64,000 nucleotides of DNA from an uncultured Staphylococcaceae bacterium (GTDB lineage Bacteria > Bacillota_I > Bacilli_A > RFN20 > CAG-826). Shown here one piece after another: positions 16,339-25,968 of this stretch. How positions within the stretch are numbered: position 1 is the stretch's first letter; every line of letters starts with the position of its first letter. The translations under genes were made by a program, and so were the position numbers. Where the stretch lies: the NCBI GenBank assembly GCA_964392865.1, contig CAYMRJ010000003.1, positions 24,591 through 88,590 of the forward strand, in the 5' to 3' direction. The notes below the pieces were generated by a model. The model was not told where the DNA came from and made no database searches. It worked only from the letters and a program-made list of their open reading frames with translations.

Positions 16339-18886
16339 GTTCATTGTCATCGACGGGAACTCTTTGTTGTTCCGCTGCTATTACGCCACGAGCCAAGGGG
16401 GACGCATCCCCTCCATGACGACGAGCGCCGGGATCCCGACCAATGCCATCCATGCCTTCGGCTCGATGCTGTTGAAGATCCTTTCCGGATTGAAGGAAGG
16501 AGACGGCATCTTCGTTGGCTTCGACGCCGACGGGCAGACCTTCCGCAAAGCGGAATTTTCTTCCTACAAGGCCAACAGAAAACCCTGCCCGCCCGATCTC
16601 GTCAAGCAATTCCCGGCATCCCGCGAAATGCTCGATGCCTTGGGGATCCTCCATTACGAAGAACACGGAATAGAGGCCGATGATATCTGCGGCTCCTTGG
16701 CCAAGAAGGCCGCCAAGGAAGGCTATAAGGTCTCGATCTATACGAGCGACCGCGATTATCTCCAGCTGATTGAAGAAAACATCGAAATCGAAATCCCCCA
16801 AAGCGGCTTAAGCGAAACCAAGAAAGTCAATCTCGGTAACATTCAGGAACTCTATGGCTTCTCCCCTCTCCAGACCATCGACTACAAAGGCCTGGCCGGC
16901 GATACCAGCGACAACCTCCCCGGCATCCCGGGGATCGGCGAAAAGAAGGCCTTGGACCTCCTTAGGAAATACGGGACATTCGAAGAAGTCGTGAACCACG
17001 CCGACGAGATCGGCGGCAAGACCGGCCAAAGCATCAAGGAAAACGCCGAGCTAGGGAGGGAGTGCTACCATCTGGCCACCATCATCACCGATGCCGATCT
17101 TCCCTTCGCTCCGAAAAGCTGCCTCTACAAAGGCTATAGCCGGGCAGCCGCCGAGAAGTTCGCCGCCAAATACGAACTGAGGGCCTTCCTTTCTAGGCTC
17201 CCCGAAGCCTTGGCCATCAAAGACCTTAACGGTGGGTTTTCCTATGAAACCGTGAAGGAACTTCCGCAAATCCCTTCCGGAAAAGATGTTTCCCTCGTCC
17301 TCGATATCGCCTCGCCCCATTACCATGACGAAACGCCTGATGGCGTTGGGGTCTCTTATGACGGCCATGCCTATTACATCCTTTGGAACGACTTCGTCTC
17401 TTCCAAGGCTGTGGATGTCTTGTCGGACAAGACGATCAAAGCCTATGACGCCAAGGCAATCTCCTACGTCTTCCGGAAATACGGCCTCCCGATCGGAAAG
17501 ATAAAAGACGATCTACTCATCGCTACCTATCTCCTCGATTCAAGCGTCTCTTCTTCTCCGGAGGCCATTTATGGCCGCTACGGCGAAGGAATCTACGATA
17601 TGGAAGCCATCGAGAAGGCGGCCTATATGGCCTACCGCTTGGAAGTCCTCCTCGACCGGGCCCATCGCGAACTCGAATCGACCGGGAGCCTCAAACTATA
17701 CGAAGAAGTCGAAATGCCTTTGACCCTTCTTCTCTCCGAGATGGAAAGCGAAGGCTTCCCGCTCGTCAAAAAAGATCTCGAGGAACTGGCCGCCGACACC
17801 AAAGCCAAGATGGAGGCTGCCGAAGAAAAGCTCGCCAAATACCTCGGGGACGTCAATCCCAATTCCCCGAAGCAATTGAGCGAAGCCCTTTTCGGGCCGA
17901 GCGGTCTCTTACCGGGACGGGCCAAGGGGACCGGAGCCGAGGTCCTCGAGCCCTTGAGAAACGAGCATCCGGCCATCGCCGCTTTGCTTGAGTACCGCAA
18001 ATACAGCAAAGTCTACTCGACATACGCCTTGGGCCTACTTCCCTTCGTCGGTGAGGACGGCTTGGTCCGGACCTATTTCAACCAGGCCCAGACGGCGACC
18101 GGGCGCCTTTCTTCCTCTTCTCCCAATCTCCAGAACATCTCGGGCCGCGAAGAGGAAGGCGAAAAGCTCAGGAAAGCCTTCCGCTACGAAGACGGCCGCT
18201 ATCTCCTTAGCCTGGACTATTCCCAGATCGAACTTAGGGTTTTGGCCTATCTCTCCCATTGCCAGTCCTACATCGATGTCTTCAAGGAAGGCCATGACGT
18301 CCACGCCGAAACGGCGAGGCGCCTATTCCCCGGGCAAGAAATCACCCATGACCTCAGGAAAAAGGCCAAGGCCGCGAACTTCGCCATCGTCTACGGGACG
18401 ACGGTCTATGGGCTAAGCGAGCAGATCAATTCCAGCTACAAAGAAGCGTCTGACCTTATCGAATCCTTCTACGGAGCCTACCCCGAACTCAAGGATTACC
18501 TGACCGGCATCGCGAAGGATGCGACCGGCAAGGGCTATGTCACGACCTTATTCGGCAGAAGGCGCTACCTGAATGACATAAACTCGCCCAATTATGCGAG
18601 GCGCGAAGCGGCCAGAAGGGCCGCCATGAACGCCCCCGTCCAAGGAAGCGCCGCCGATATCCTCAAGATCGCCTTGCTCAAATCCCAAAGGGCGCTCAAA
18701 GACAACGACTCGACTGCCAAGATGGTTCTGACCGTCCATGACGAAATCGTCTTCTCCGGGAGCAAGGAAGAACTCGAAAGGATGGAGCCGATCCTCAAGA
18801 AAGCGATGGAAGGAGCAACCGAGCTCGACGTGCCTTTGGTGGCCGAAGGCAAGATCGCCAAGGATTACTATTCCTGCAAGGAATGA
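16331..18886 (+). CDS. polA: DNA polymerase I
   Basis: 851 aa with a 5'-nuclease N-terminus (IDGNSLLFR, GIPGIGEKKA) and polymerase motifs DYSQIELRVLA, QGSAADI and VHDEIV. It overlaps dnaE by 8 nt. Confidence 0.95.
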   Translation: MPRFIVIDGNSLLFRCYYATSQGGRIPSMTTSAGIPTNAIHAFGSMLLKILSGLKEGDGIFVGFDADGQTFRKAEFSSYKANRKPCPPDLVKQFPASREMLDALGILHYEEHGIEADDICGSLAKKAAKEGYKVSIYTSDRDYLQLIEENIEIEIPQSGLSETKKVNLGNIQELYGFSPLQTIDYKGLAGDTSDNLPGIPGIGEKKALDLLRKYGTFEEVVNHADEIGGKTGQSIKENAELGRECYHLATIITDADLPFAPKSCLYKGYSRAAAEKFAAKYELRAFLSRLPEALAIKDLNGGFSYETVKELPQIPSGKDVSLVLDIASPHYHDETPDGVGVSYDGHAYYILWNDFVSSKAVDVLSDKTIKAYDAKAISYVFRKYGLPIGKIKDDLLIATYLLDSSVSSSPEAIYGRYGEGIYDMEAIEKAAYMAYRLEVLLDRAHRELESTGSLKLYEEVEMPLTLLLSEMESEGFPLVKKDLEELAADTKAKMEAAEEKLAKYLGDVNPNSPKQLSEALFGPSGLLPGRAKGTGAEVLEPLRNEHPAIAALLEYRKYSKVYSTYALGLLPFVGEDGLVRTYFNQAQTATGRLSSSSPNLQNISGREEEGEKLRKAFRYEDGRYLLSLDYSQIELRVLAYLSHCQSYIDVFKEGHDVHAETARRLFPGQEITHDLRKKAKAANFAIVYGTTVYGLSEQINSSYKEASDLIESFYGAYPELKDYLTGIAKDATGKGYVTTLFGRRRYLNDINSPNYARREAARRAAMNAPVQGSAADILKIALLKSQRALKDNDSTAKMVLTVHDEIVFSGSKEELERMEPILKKAMEGATELDVPLVAEGKIAKDYYSCKE

Positions 18887-18890
18887 GAAT

Positions 18891-20279
18891 ATGCCGGAAC
18901 TACCCGAAGTCGAAACGATAAGGCGCTACCTGAAAGGATACGCCGAAGGGAAAACCCTCCTCGGCCTTTCGGTATATAGGAGCAAGAACTTCGAAGGCGA
19001 TATCGCCGATTACGAGGTTCTGAAGAACCAAGCAATCAAGGAAATCGCTAGGCGCGGAAAGTTCCTCATCTTCCGCTTCAATAACGGCCATGACCTCATC
19101 AGCCACTTAAGGATGGAAGGCAAATGGTTCGTGGTCCCGAAAGACGAACCGCAGGGCAAGCACGATATCGCCAGATTCATCCTCGATGGCGATAGCGATC
19201 TCGTCTACAACGACACAAGAAAGTTCGGATTCCTGGCCCTTAGGAAAGACGAAGGCATCTACGATGTCCCTCCCCTATCGCTCCTTGGGAAAGAACCATG
19301 GGACCTCTCTTCGAAAGAACTTCTGAAGGGCCTTAAGGCCAAACCCAAAAGGCAGATCAAAGAAGCCCTGCTCGACCAGACCCTCATCTGCGGTCTCGGG
19401 AACATCTATGCCGACGAAACGCTCTTCGCTACCCACATCAATCCGAGGAAGCCGAGCGGCGAACTGAATCTCAAGAACGCCGAAGACGTCATCAGGGAAT
19501 CGAAGCGAATCCTCGAACTGGCCATCGATAACGGCGGCTCGACCGTCCATACCTATGCCTTCGCAAGAGGCAAGACCGGCCATATGCAGACCTATCTCAA
19601 GGCCTATGGCCGGGAGGGCTATCCCTGCCCCGAATGCGGAGCGCCCCTAAGGAAGATCGCCATCGGCGGACGCGGGACGACCTATTGCCCCTTCTGCCAG
19701 AAGGATCGGGATAGGCCACTCGTCTATGCCGTCAGCGGCCCCATCGCCAGCGGCAAATCGACCGTTTCCAAATATCTGAAAGACAAGGGATATGCGGTCT
19801 ATTCCGCCGATGAAATCGTCGCAAGTCTCTACGAAAACCCCGCAAATTCCGAATCCTTGGAGAAAATCCTCGGGAAATCGTGCTTTTCCGGCGGCAAGGT
19901 CGACAAGAAAAAGGCCGCAGCCTTGATTGCCGAGGATCCCGAAAAGAAAAAGGAACTCGAAGACTACATCCATCCCCTCGTCTACAAGACCATCATTGAA
20001 AAACTGGCTAAGGAAAAAGCCGAGAAGGTCCTTTTGGATATCCCTCTCTTCGCTCATTCGCCCTACGAAGAGATGACCGACTTCCTCATCGTCATCAGTG
20101 CCCCGGAAGAGATTCGGGCCGAGCGCATCAAGGAAAGAGGACGGAACCCGGAAGACTATCTTTCGATGAACAAGGGCTACCCCCTTGGCTACCTCAAGAA
20201 AAAAGCCGCCCTCCTATTAGACGGAAGCGGCTCTATCGAAGATCTCCAGAAGCAACTCGAAGCCTGTCCCTATCTTTGA
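18891..20279 (+). CDS. fusion protein: formamidopyrimidine-DNA glycosylase (Fpg/MutM) + dephospho-CoA kinase (CoaE)
   Basis: The real start is the ATG at 18891 (MPELPEVETIRR). The ORF-track extension to 18738 overlaps polA. The Fpg zinc finger is CPECG...TTYCPFCQ. After a linker of about 5 residues comes the CoaE P-loop VSGPIASGKST. Confidence 0.85.
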   Translation: MPELPEVETIRRYLKGYAEGKTLLGLSVYRSKNFEGDIADYEVLKNQAIKEIARRGKFLIFRFNNGHDLISHLRMEGKWFVVPKDEPQGKHDIARFILDGDSDLVYNDTRKFGFLALRKDEGIYDVPPLSLLGKEPWDLSSKELLKGLKAKPKRQIKEALLDQTLICGLGNIYADETLFATHINPRKPSGELNLKNAEDVIRESKRILELAIDNGGSTVHTYAFARGKTGHMQTYLKAYGREGYPCPECGAPLRKIAIGGRGTTYCPFCQKDRDRPLVYAVSGPIASGKSTVSKYLKDKGYAVYSADEIVASLYENPANSESLEKILGKSCFSGGKVDKKKAAALIAEDPEKKKELEDYIHPLVYKTIIEKLAKEKAEKVLLDIPLFAHSPYEEMTDFLIVISAPEEIRAERIKERGRNPEDYLSMNKGYPLGYLKKKAALLLDGSGSIEDLQKQLEACPYL

Positions 20280-21166
20280 TGGACAATGCTATGGACCGAG
20301 CGGGTCAACCTGATTTCGGTCGCTCCGGCTTTTATCAGCTCGGCTAGCTTCTTCCCTTTCGCCGGGTTCTTTCCGGCATAAAGGGAGGCGATTTCGGAAG
20401 TCTGGTAATCGCTGATGATTATTGTGGCCTTGGCCCCTTCTTTCCTCGCGTGGAGCAAGGGGGTATAGAAGGCATCGCGCATCGGCTCGCTGATGTATTC
20501 GCTCCCGAAGCCATCGAGGCAAAGGAGGTCGACTGAGACGAGTTCGTTCAAAAGGGATGTAAACGCATTGCGGTTCCTGAAATAGGAGTTCCCGATCTCA
20601 TCCATCCTTCTTCCGACGTCGAGATAGGCGACCTTATGGTCCTTTTCGGCATAGTAGTTGCAAAGGACGGCGGCCAGGTAGCTTTTCCCCGCTCCTTCTT
20701 CCCCGGTCAGGTAGACGAAGGGAGTCCCTTTTCCATCGAGGGTACTATCGATGGTCTTGAGGAGTTTCTTTCTATTGGTCTCACCCCATTCGGCGGGATT
20801 GAGATCGGCCTTGTTCCAGGCCGGGCTGTAATCGCGGTAAAGGAAATTGCCGTCCAAGGCGCTTTGCCTCTCGGAGAGGGCACAAGGACCTAGCATCCTT
20901 TCAAGGTAGCCGTTGGCGGCCAGATACAAATCGAAGATATAGCCGGGCCTTTCCTTGGCGCAGGCATCGAGGCCGGGGCAATTCTTGCAGTAATCCCTAT
21001 CTTCCTTGTAGGCCAGGATCTTTCCGAGGTTGTCTTTGACCTGGCGGGTGGTCAGGCCCATGGAACGGATCTTCTCGACGATTTCGGGATCGGCTTTTAT
21101 CTCAGAGAGATAGTTCTCCTCATCTTCCGTTATGTCGTAGCCGAGCTTCAGATCGAACTTTTCCAT
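20270..21166 (-). CDS. dnaI: primosomal helicase loader DnaI
   Basis: 298 aa with an N-terminal Cys cluster CKNCPGLDAC and Walker A GEEGAGKSYL. It sits directly downstream of the DnaD-domain gene, as in B. subtilis dnaB-dnaI. Confidence 0.8.
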   Translation of the reverse strand: MEKFDLKLGYDITEDEENYLSEIKADPEIVEKIRSMGLTTRQVKDNLGKILAYKEDRDYCKNCPGLDACAKERPGYIFDLYLAANGYLERMLGPCALSERQSALDGNFLYRDYSPAWNKADLNPAEWGETNRKKLLKTIDSTLDGKGTPFVYLTGEEGAGKSYLAAVLCNYYAEKDHKVAYLDVGRRMDEIGNSYFRNRNAFTSLLNELVSVDLLCLDGFGSEYISEPMRDAFYTPLLHARKEGAKATIIISDYQTSEIASLYAGKNPAKGKKLAELIKAGATEIRLTRSVHSIVHQR

Positions 21167-22359
21167 TACTTCTTCCCTTTCATCTCGGCGATGAGAGCGG
21201 CGACGTCGATGTCTTCTTCCTCTTCGGTTTCAGTCGCTTCGACATTCTGGACCGGGACTTCCTCCGAAACAGGTACCTTCCTGTCCTTGTTCTGAAAGCG
21301 GTATTCGGTCCGGCGGAGGTAATCCAAGGTTTCGTCGGCCCTGGAAAGCCTTTTGCGGACGATGGAACCCCCGATCTTCTCGATGTATTTCTTCGGGAGC
21401 TCTCCGTCCTTGGCGTAAGCGACGTAGTACAACAAAGCGTTGATCGAAGGATCGGTAAGCCCGCTCTCCCTAAGCGAAACGATGATGTCGAGGTCGCTTT
21501 TGGCGGGGCGATGCCCTTTCTGGAGACGCTTTCTCAGGAAGTCTTCGCTCTCCATCTTCTGGAGGTCTTCCAAAATCGAGGCTTCCGGCGTGGCCGGGAG
21601 TTCTTTTCTCAAATGGGGATATTCGACCAAGGACTTGGCGTCTTCGATGACGCCAGCGAAATCGATGCGCTGGCCTGGCCGCGCGTCTTTCTTGAAATGC
21701 TTGTAGGCCAAGTCGGCGTATTCGGTCTCGGCCAAGGGATAGAGGCGGACGATCTTCTCTTCGAGGCGCTTCAATTCCGATTCGGCGATGAGGCTAAAAT
21801 CGCCGCCGTCTTGCTCAAAGCGCTCCCTGAAGGCGCTTCTCGAGAAGAGAGCCGTTTCCTTATCCTTGGCGGCGCCCTTTTCCTGGATGCCCAATTCTTC
21901 CTTAAAAGGAAGAGAGGTCACTTCGGTATAGATCTTGGCCAACTTCTCTTCCTTGATCTTCGAATAGAGGCGGGTCAGATCGCCGATGGATTTCCTTCTT
22001 CTGGCCAATTCGTTGATGACCGGATCATCGGCGATTTCCGAAAGGGAATGAAGAGGCACGATGTCGAAGCGGTAGAGTGCCCGGCGTTCGGCGACTTTAG
22101 CCTTGTCGGGCCTTAGTAGCCCGGCCTGTTCGAGGGTCTCGGCGCAGGCGGCGAGCAAAACAAGGGAGAAATCCGTCTTTTCTGCGAGGGTCGAAAAGCC
22201 GATTTCCTTATCGCGCGGAAGGGCGGCGAGATAGAGATAGAGGGCCACGGGGCCGGGGCCCAGAGCGAGGCTATAGGCCGAAAGGGCCCCTTCCTCTGCC
22301 CCGAGGGCCTCGGGCAAGGGAGAGACCGAGAAGATGTCGCCGGGTCCGAATATCCGCAT
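21166..22359 (-). CDS. dnaB: replication initiation / membrane attachment protein (B. subtilis DnaB-type, DnaD-like domains)
   Basis: The ORF runs to 22419. I prefer the ATG at 22359 because a TAGAAT box (22370-22375) lies inside the longer version. Position next to dnaI and a C-terminal DnaD-like region (LNALLYYVAYAKDGELPKKYIEKIG) support the call. Confidence 0.65.
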   Translation of the reverse strand: MRIFGPGDIFSVSPLPEALGAEEGALSAYSLALGPGPVALYLYLAALPRDKEIGFSTLAEKTDFSLVLLAACAETLEQAGLLRPDKAKVAERRALYRFDIVPLHSLSEIADDPVINELARRRKSIGDLTRLYSKIKEEKLAKIYTEVTSLPFKEELGIQEKGAAKDKETALFSRSAFRERFEQDGGDFSLIAESELKRLEEKIVRLYPLAETEYADLAYKHFKKDARPGQRIDFAGVIEDAKSLVEYPHLRKELPATPEASILEDLQKMESEDFLRKRLQKGHRPAKSDLDIIVSLRESGLTDPSINALLYYVAYAKDGELPKKYIEKIGGSIVRKRLSRADETLDYLRRTEYRFQNKDRKVPVSEEVPVQNVEATETEEEEDIDVAALIAEMKGKK

Positions 22360-22493
22360 ATGTCGCCTAATTCTAATATCGAGCCCTGCTCTCTTTAAGG
22401 GAAAAAGCGGGACGGCCATATTTTATCCGTCCGCCTATGGCGGGTGGAGGCGCTGCGGACTTATAATCACCCCGAAGTGTTTTCGGAGAGTGA

Positions 22494-23465
22494 ATGATGA
22501 TCCAGAAAATCGGCATCCTTACTTCGGGCGGCGACGCCCCGGGCATGAATTGCGCCATCAGGGCGGTGGTCAGAGCCGGCCTCAGGAACGGCCTCGAGGT
22601 CTACGGCATCCAAGACGGCTACAAAGGCCTCGTGGAAGGCAATATCTTCAAGATGGACCGCAAGTCCGTCAGCGACATCGTCAATAAAGGCGGCACCATT
22701 CTCAGGACCGCCCGCCTCCGCGAATTCAAGGAACCCGAAGTCCGCCAGAAGGGCATCGAGCAACTAAAGAAATTCGGGATCGAGGCTTTGGTCGTCATCG
22801 GCGGGGACGGCTCCTACATGGGGGCCAAGAAATTGACCGAGATGGGCATCAACTGCGTCGGCCTCCCCGGCACCATCGACAACGACATCGCCTCTACCGA
22901 CTACACCATCGGCTTCGATACTTGCTTAAACACCATCTGCGACTGCGTCGACAAGATCAGGGATACGACCGATAGCCATTCCCGTTGCTCGCTAATCGAG
23001 GTCATGGGTAACCACTGCGGCGACCTCGCGCTTTTCAGCGGCATCGCCGAAGGGGCCGAGATGATCATCACCCCAGACCACCCGATCCCCGAAGAAGAGA
23101 TCATGAAGACCCTGAAGGCCATGCATGATAAAGACGAAAGCAAAAGGGCCATCGTCATCGTAAGCGAGAAGCTCTTCCCCGACATGAAGGCCTTCGCCGA
23201 AAGGGTCGGCCGCGAGACGGGCTTCGATACGCGCTACGACATCTTGGGGCACGTCCAGCGCGGCGGGGCGCCGAGTGCCTTCGACCGCATCTTGGCCGCC
23301 CGCATGGGCGCCTATGCCGTCGATTGCCTCATCGAAGGAAAAGGCGGCATCTGCATCGGCCTCGTGAACAACAAGATCGTCTCCTACGACATCTACGAAG
23401 CCTTGAACCTCCCCAGAGACAAGCACATCTCGATGCTCCGCCTCATCGATATCCTCAATAGCTAG
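22494..23465 (+). CDS. pfkA: ATP-dependent 6-phosphofructokinase
   Basis: GILTSGGDAPGMN, GGDGS, PGTIDND and GHVQRGG motifs. The start may be the second ATG at 22497. Confidence 0.95.
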   Translation: MMIQKIGILTSGGDAPGMNCAIRAVVRAGLRNGLEVYGIQDGYKGLVEGNIFKMDRKSVSDIVNKGGTILRTARLREFKEPEVRQKGIEQLKKFGIEALVVIGGDGSYMGAKKLTEMGINCVGLPGTIDNDIASTDYTIGFDTCLNTICDCVDKIRDTTDSHSRCSLIEVMGNHCGDLALFSGIAEGAEMIITPDHPIPEEEIMKTLKAMHDKDESKRAIVIVSEKLFPDMKAFAERVGRETGFDTRYDILGHVQRGGAPSAFDRILAARMGAYAVDCLIEGKGGICIGLVNNKIVSYDIYEALNLPRDKHISMLRLIDILNS

Positions 23466-23471
23466 AAAGCG

Positions 23472-24929
23472 ATGAAACTCGTCACGGACAAGAAAACGAA
23501 GATCATCTGCACCATCGGGCCGGCCAGCGATACCGAAGAGATGGTCAGGAAGCTCTACGACGCCGGGATGAACGTCATGCGCCTGAATTTCAGCCACGGC
23601 ACCCACGAGGAGCACATCAAGAAGATCGAAATCGCGAGAAAGCTCGAAAAAGAAGGGATCTACATCCCCGTCGCTTTGGATACCAAAGGCCCGGAAATAA
23701 GGACCGGCTACATGGAAGGCGGCAAGGTCGAAATCAAGACCGGCGACATAATCCGCCTTTCGATGGACAAAAGCATCCTCGGGACAAGAAAAAAGATCGG
23801 CGTTTCCTACGCCGGCCTCTACGACGACTGCAAGGTCGGCGATACCATCCTCATCGATGATGGCAATCTCGGCCTCGAAATCATCGAGAAAGACGCCAAG
23901 AACAAGGAATTGGTCTGCAAGGCCTTAAATTCCCATCCGATCAAAGACCAAAAGGGCATCAACGCCCCGACTACCGTTCTTTCGATGCCCTTCATCAGCG
24001 AGCAGGACGAAAAGGACCTCGCCTTCGGAGCCAAGATGGACCTCGACTGCGTCTTCGCTTCCTTCACGAGAAGGCCGGAAGACATATTGGCCGTGAAGGA
24101 TGTCCTCGCCAAATACGGAAAACCCAACATCCCCGTCTTCGCCAAGATAGAAAACCCCGAAGGCGTCGAGAAGATCGAAGAAATCATGAAGGTCGCCGAC
24201 GGCGTCATGGTCGCCCGCGGCGATCTCGGGGACGAGATCCCGCCGGAGCAGGTCCCCGTCGTCCAAAGGCGCATCATCGATATTTCTAGAAAACTAGGAA
24301 AACCCGTCATCACCGCCACCCAGATGCTCGATAGCATGGTAAGCCACCCCCGTCCCACGAGGGCCGAGGTAAGCGACGTGGCGACGGCCATCGCCGAGTC
24401 TAGCGACGCCGTCATGCTTTCGGCCGAATCGGCCTCGGGCCTCTACCCCGTCGAAGCCGTGAAGATGCAATCCAGTATCGCCCAGACCATGGAACAGTTC
24501 CTCGACTACGAGGGGCTGGCCCAGGAAGCCTACGATACCTCGAACAAGGACAATAACGACGCCATCGCCAATTCGATCGCCAATACGGCGCTTCTGATCG
24601 GCGCGAAGCTAATCGTCAACTTCACCATCACCGGGAACTCCTCTTCCCGCATGAGCAAGGCCCGGCCTTGCTGCCCCGTCATCAGCGTCACCAACAATAG
24701 GAGGGCCGCCATGAAGGCCGCCTTCCAGTGGGGCCTCTACTCCGTTTTGATCAAGACCCCGATGCCGGACTTCATCGAAGAAATGGAAGTTTTGGCCTTG
24801 AAGATCGCCCGCGACATGGGATATCCGAGCGGCACCCCCATCCTCATCGCCGGCGGCACTCCGATGGGGGCCGGCAAGACCAACTTCATGCGCATCGTGA
24901 ACGTCAACGACGTCCGGGAGCTCGACTGA
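23472..24929 (+). CDS. pyk: pyruvate kinase
   Basis: 485 aa with KIICTIGPAS, NFSHG, MVARGDLG and ATQMLDSM. Confidence 0.95.
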   Translation: MKLVTDKKTKIICTIGPASDTEEMVRKLYDAGMNVMRLNFSHGTHEEHIKKIEIARKLEKEGIYIPVALDTKGPEIRTGYMEGGKVEIKTGDIIRLSMDKSILGTRKKIGVSYAGLYDDCKVGDTILIDDGNLGLEIIEKDAKNKELVCKALNSHPIKDQKGINAPTTVLSMPFISEQDEKDLAFGAKMDLDCVFASFTRRPEDILAVKDVLAKYGKPNIPVFAKIENPEGVEKIEEIMKVADGVMVARGDLGDEIPPEQVPVVQRRIIDISRKLGKPVITATQMLDSMVSHPRPTRAEVSDVATAIAESSDAVMLSAESASGLYPVEAVKMQSSIAQTMEQFLDYEGLAQEAYDTSNKDNNDAIANSIANTALLIGAKLIVNFTITGNSSSRMSKARPCCPVISVTNNRRAAMKAAFQWGLYSVLIKTPMPDFIEEMEVLALKIARDMGYPSGTPILIAGGTPMGAGKTNFMRIVNVNDVRELD

Positions 24930-25783
24930 TGAAGGTCGTCTCCCTCGATATCGGCGGCACCAACACCAGGGCCGCCCTGATCGATGAGAAGCATGAGATT
25001 CTCAAAACCAACATCCTTCCGACCGTCCGCGGGGACGTCGGGGCTTTTTTGGACAATGTCAAAAAATGCGTAATAGGCCTCGGCGATATCTCGGATGTCG
25101 CCGCTTTCGGGGGCGGCGTTCCGGGGCGTGTGAGGAAAGACGGATTCGTCTATGCCCTCCCCAATGTCGGGGTGGCCGAAATCCCCCTGGCCGATTACCT
25201 GAGGGAAGCCTTCGGGAAGCCGGCCTATATCGCTAACGATGCGGAGATCGCCGCCTTGGCGGAATCCAATCTCGGCGAATATAAGGACGCCAAATCCCTT
25301 TACTTCGCCACCATCTCGACTGGCTTCGGCGGGGCTCTCACCATCGGCGGAAAACTAAAGGAAACGAGCTACGAAGTCGGACATAGCGTCTTCTCCTTCA
25401 AAGGACGCTACATCGAATTCGAGCACTATACCTCCGGAGGAGGGATCCTCAATCTCGCTAGGGAAAACGGCCTTGTTGCTTCTTCTACCAAGGAGTTCTT
25501 CGATCTGGTCCGCTCCGGGGATCCGATCGCCAAGCAATCGCTAGATGAATGGCTGGGCCTCGTCTCTTCTTTCTTCAATATGGTCCAAAGGGACTACTCC
25601 CCCGAGGTCTTCGCCCTTACCGGAGGGGTCATGCGCTCAAGCGATTGCTTCCTCGAAGATCTACGGAAGCTTTGCCCCGACTCAGACCTCCGCCTTTGTT
25701 CCTTCAAAGAAGAGGCCGGGCTCCAAGGCGGGGCCGTCTTGGCCTATCAGGCGCTAGGCGCCCTTGAACAAATCAACCTATAA
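24929..25783 (+). CDS. ROK/sugar-kinase-like protein (putative glucokinase) lacking the ROK zinc motif
   Basis: The start is the ATG at 24929, overlapping the pyk stop (TGATG). The N-terminus is MKVVSLDIGGTNTRAA. The ORF-track extension to 24728 overlaps pyk. Confidence 0.7.
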   Translation: MKVVSLDIGGTNTRAALIDEKHEILKTNILPTVRGDVGAFLDNVKKCVIGLGDISDVAAFGGGVPGRVRKDGFVYALPNVGVAEIPLADYLREAFGKPAYIANDAEIAALAESNLGEYKDAKSLYFATISTGFGGALTIGGKLKETSYEVGHSVFSFKGRYIEFEHYTSGGGILNLARENGLVASSTKEFFDLVRSGDPIAKQSLDEWLGLVSSFFNMVQRDYSPEVFALTGGVMRSSDCFLEDLRKLCPDSDLRLCSFKEEAGLQGGAVLAYQALGALEQINL

Positions 25784-25794
25784 GGCCTATCCTA

Positions 25795-25955
25795 TTGCTG
25801 GCCATGAAGGAGTCCCCGCAAAGGGGGTACCGCTCCGGAGCCTCCCGGGCAATGCCGGGCGCCGTCCTGCGTTATAGGCAAGAGAGCGCTTCAAAAGTCA
25901 GAAGCGAAGCAAGGTGGGACCGCGCGGAAGCGCCCTTGCCCGCCTTTTGTTTTAT
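25795..25955 (+). promoter_or_regulatory. T-box leader (tRNA-sensing riboswitch) of thrS
   Basis: T-box core AAGGTGGGACCGCG at 25911-25924. The antiterminator-like fold is GCAAGG / 7-nt bulge TGGGACC / GCGC-GGAA-GCGC / CCTTGC. It is followed by CCCGCC and TTTTGTTTT. The 5' boundary is uncertain. Confidence 0.7.
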
Positions 25956-25968
25956 GTGAGGGAGTCCT

